This document shows positions 31,903 to 32,221 of a stretch of 32,221 nt of DNA, in pieces. The notes under the pieces are model-generated. The model had not been told where the DNA came from and searched no databases. It was given only the letters and a program-made list of their open reading frames with translations. The DNA is from Octopus sinensis (Eukaryota). How positions within the stretch are numbered: the stretch's first letter is position 1; the number at the start of each line of letters is the position of its first letter. The stretch covers positions 1-32,221 of the forward strand of contig NW_021829604.1 of assembly GCF_006345805.1 (NCBI RefSeq), read 5' to 3'. Position numbers and translations under genes: made by a program.

Positions 31903-32006
31903 TACTACTACTACTATTACTACTACTACTACTACTAGTTCTACTACTACTACTACAGTTCTACTACTACTACTACAAGTTCTACAACTACTACTAGTAG
32001 TAGTTT

Positions 32007-32042
<36 letters not shown>

Positions 32043-32112
32043 CTACAACTACTACTACTACTAGTTAGTACTAATACTACTACTACTACTACTACTATTA
32101 CTACTACTAGTT

Positions 32113-32166
<54 letters not shown>
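31903..32166. repeat. (CTA)n microsatellite
   Basis: Direct reading. Confidence 0.95.
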
Positions 32167-32221
32167 TCTTCACCTCTTCTGTTTACTTCGCAACACTACC
32201 TCCCCCCCATAAATTTCTTAC

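Overview
Eukaryotic, AT-rich, repeat-dense genomic DNA, most likely octopus/cephalopod (inferred from the SINE families and a mollusc-type 5S rRNA copy; not verifiable here). Two host genes lie on the + strand. (1) At 1870-7162 a single ~5.3-kb exon encodes ~1,760 aa: a short helical/coiled-coil N-terminus and about six tandem NHL-like beta-propellers. It is split into the listed ORFs by ~16 single-base frameshifts, mostly in short homopolymers, with no nonsense substitution required, which suggests long-read indel error rather than decay. (2) From 27200 onward lies the 5' part of a secreted/membrane leucine-rich-repeat gene (signal peptide + LRRNT exon, then two 72-nt phase-2 LRR exons), which runs off the window end. 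The intervening ~20 kb is a nested transposon graveyard: R4/Dong-, CRE-, Tx1-, CR1- and RTE-clade LINE remnants, tRNA-derived SINEs (several with 11-18 bp TSDs), non-autonomous Helitrons, mariner remnants and long microsatellites. Most notable observations: a full-length 5S rRNA fused to a SINE inside one TSD; SINE multimers that share one fixed junction; a tandem duplication whose core is present in both orientations; and two Penelope-type hammerhead-ribozyme motifs in introns of the LRR gene. Nearly all other ORFs in the supplied track are repeat artefacts.
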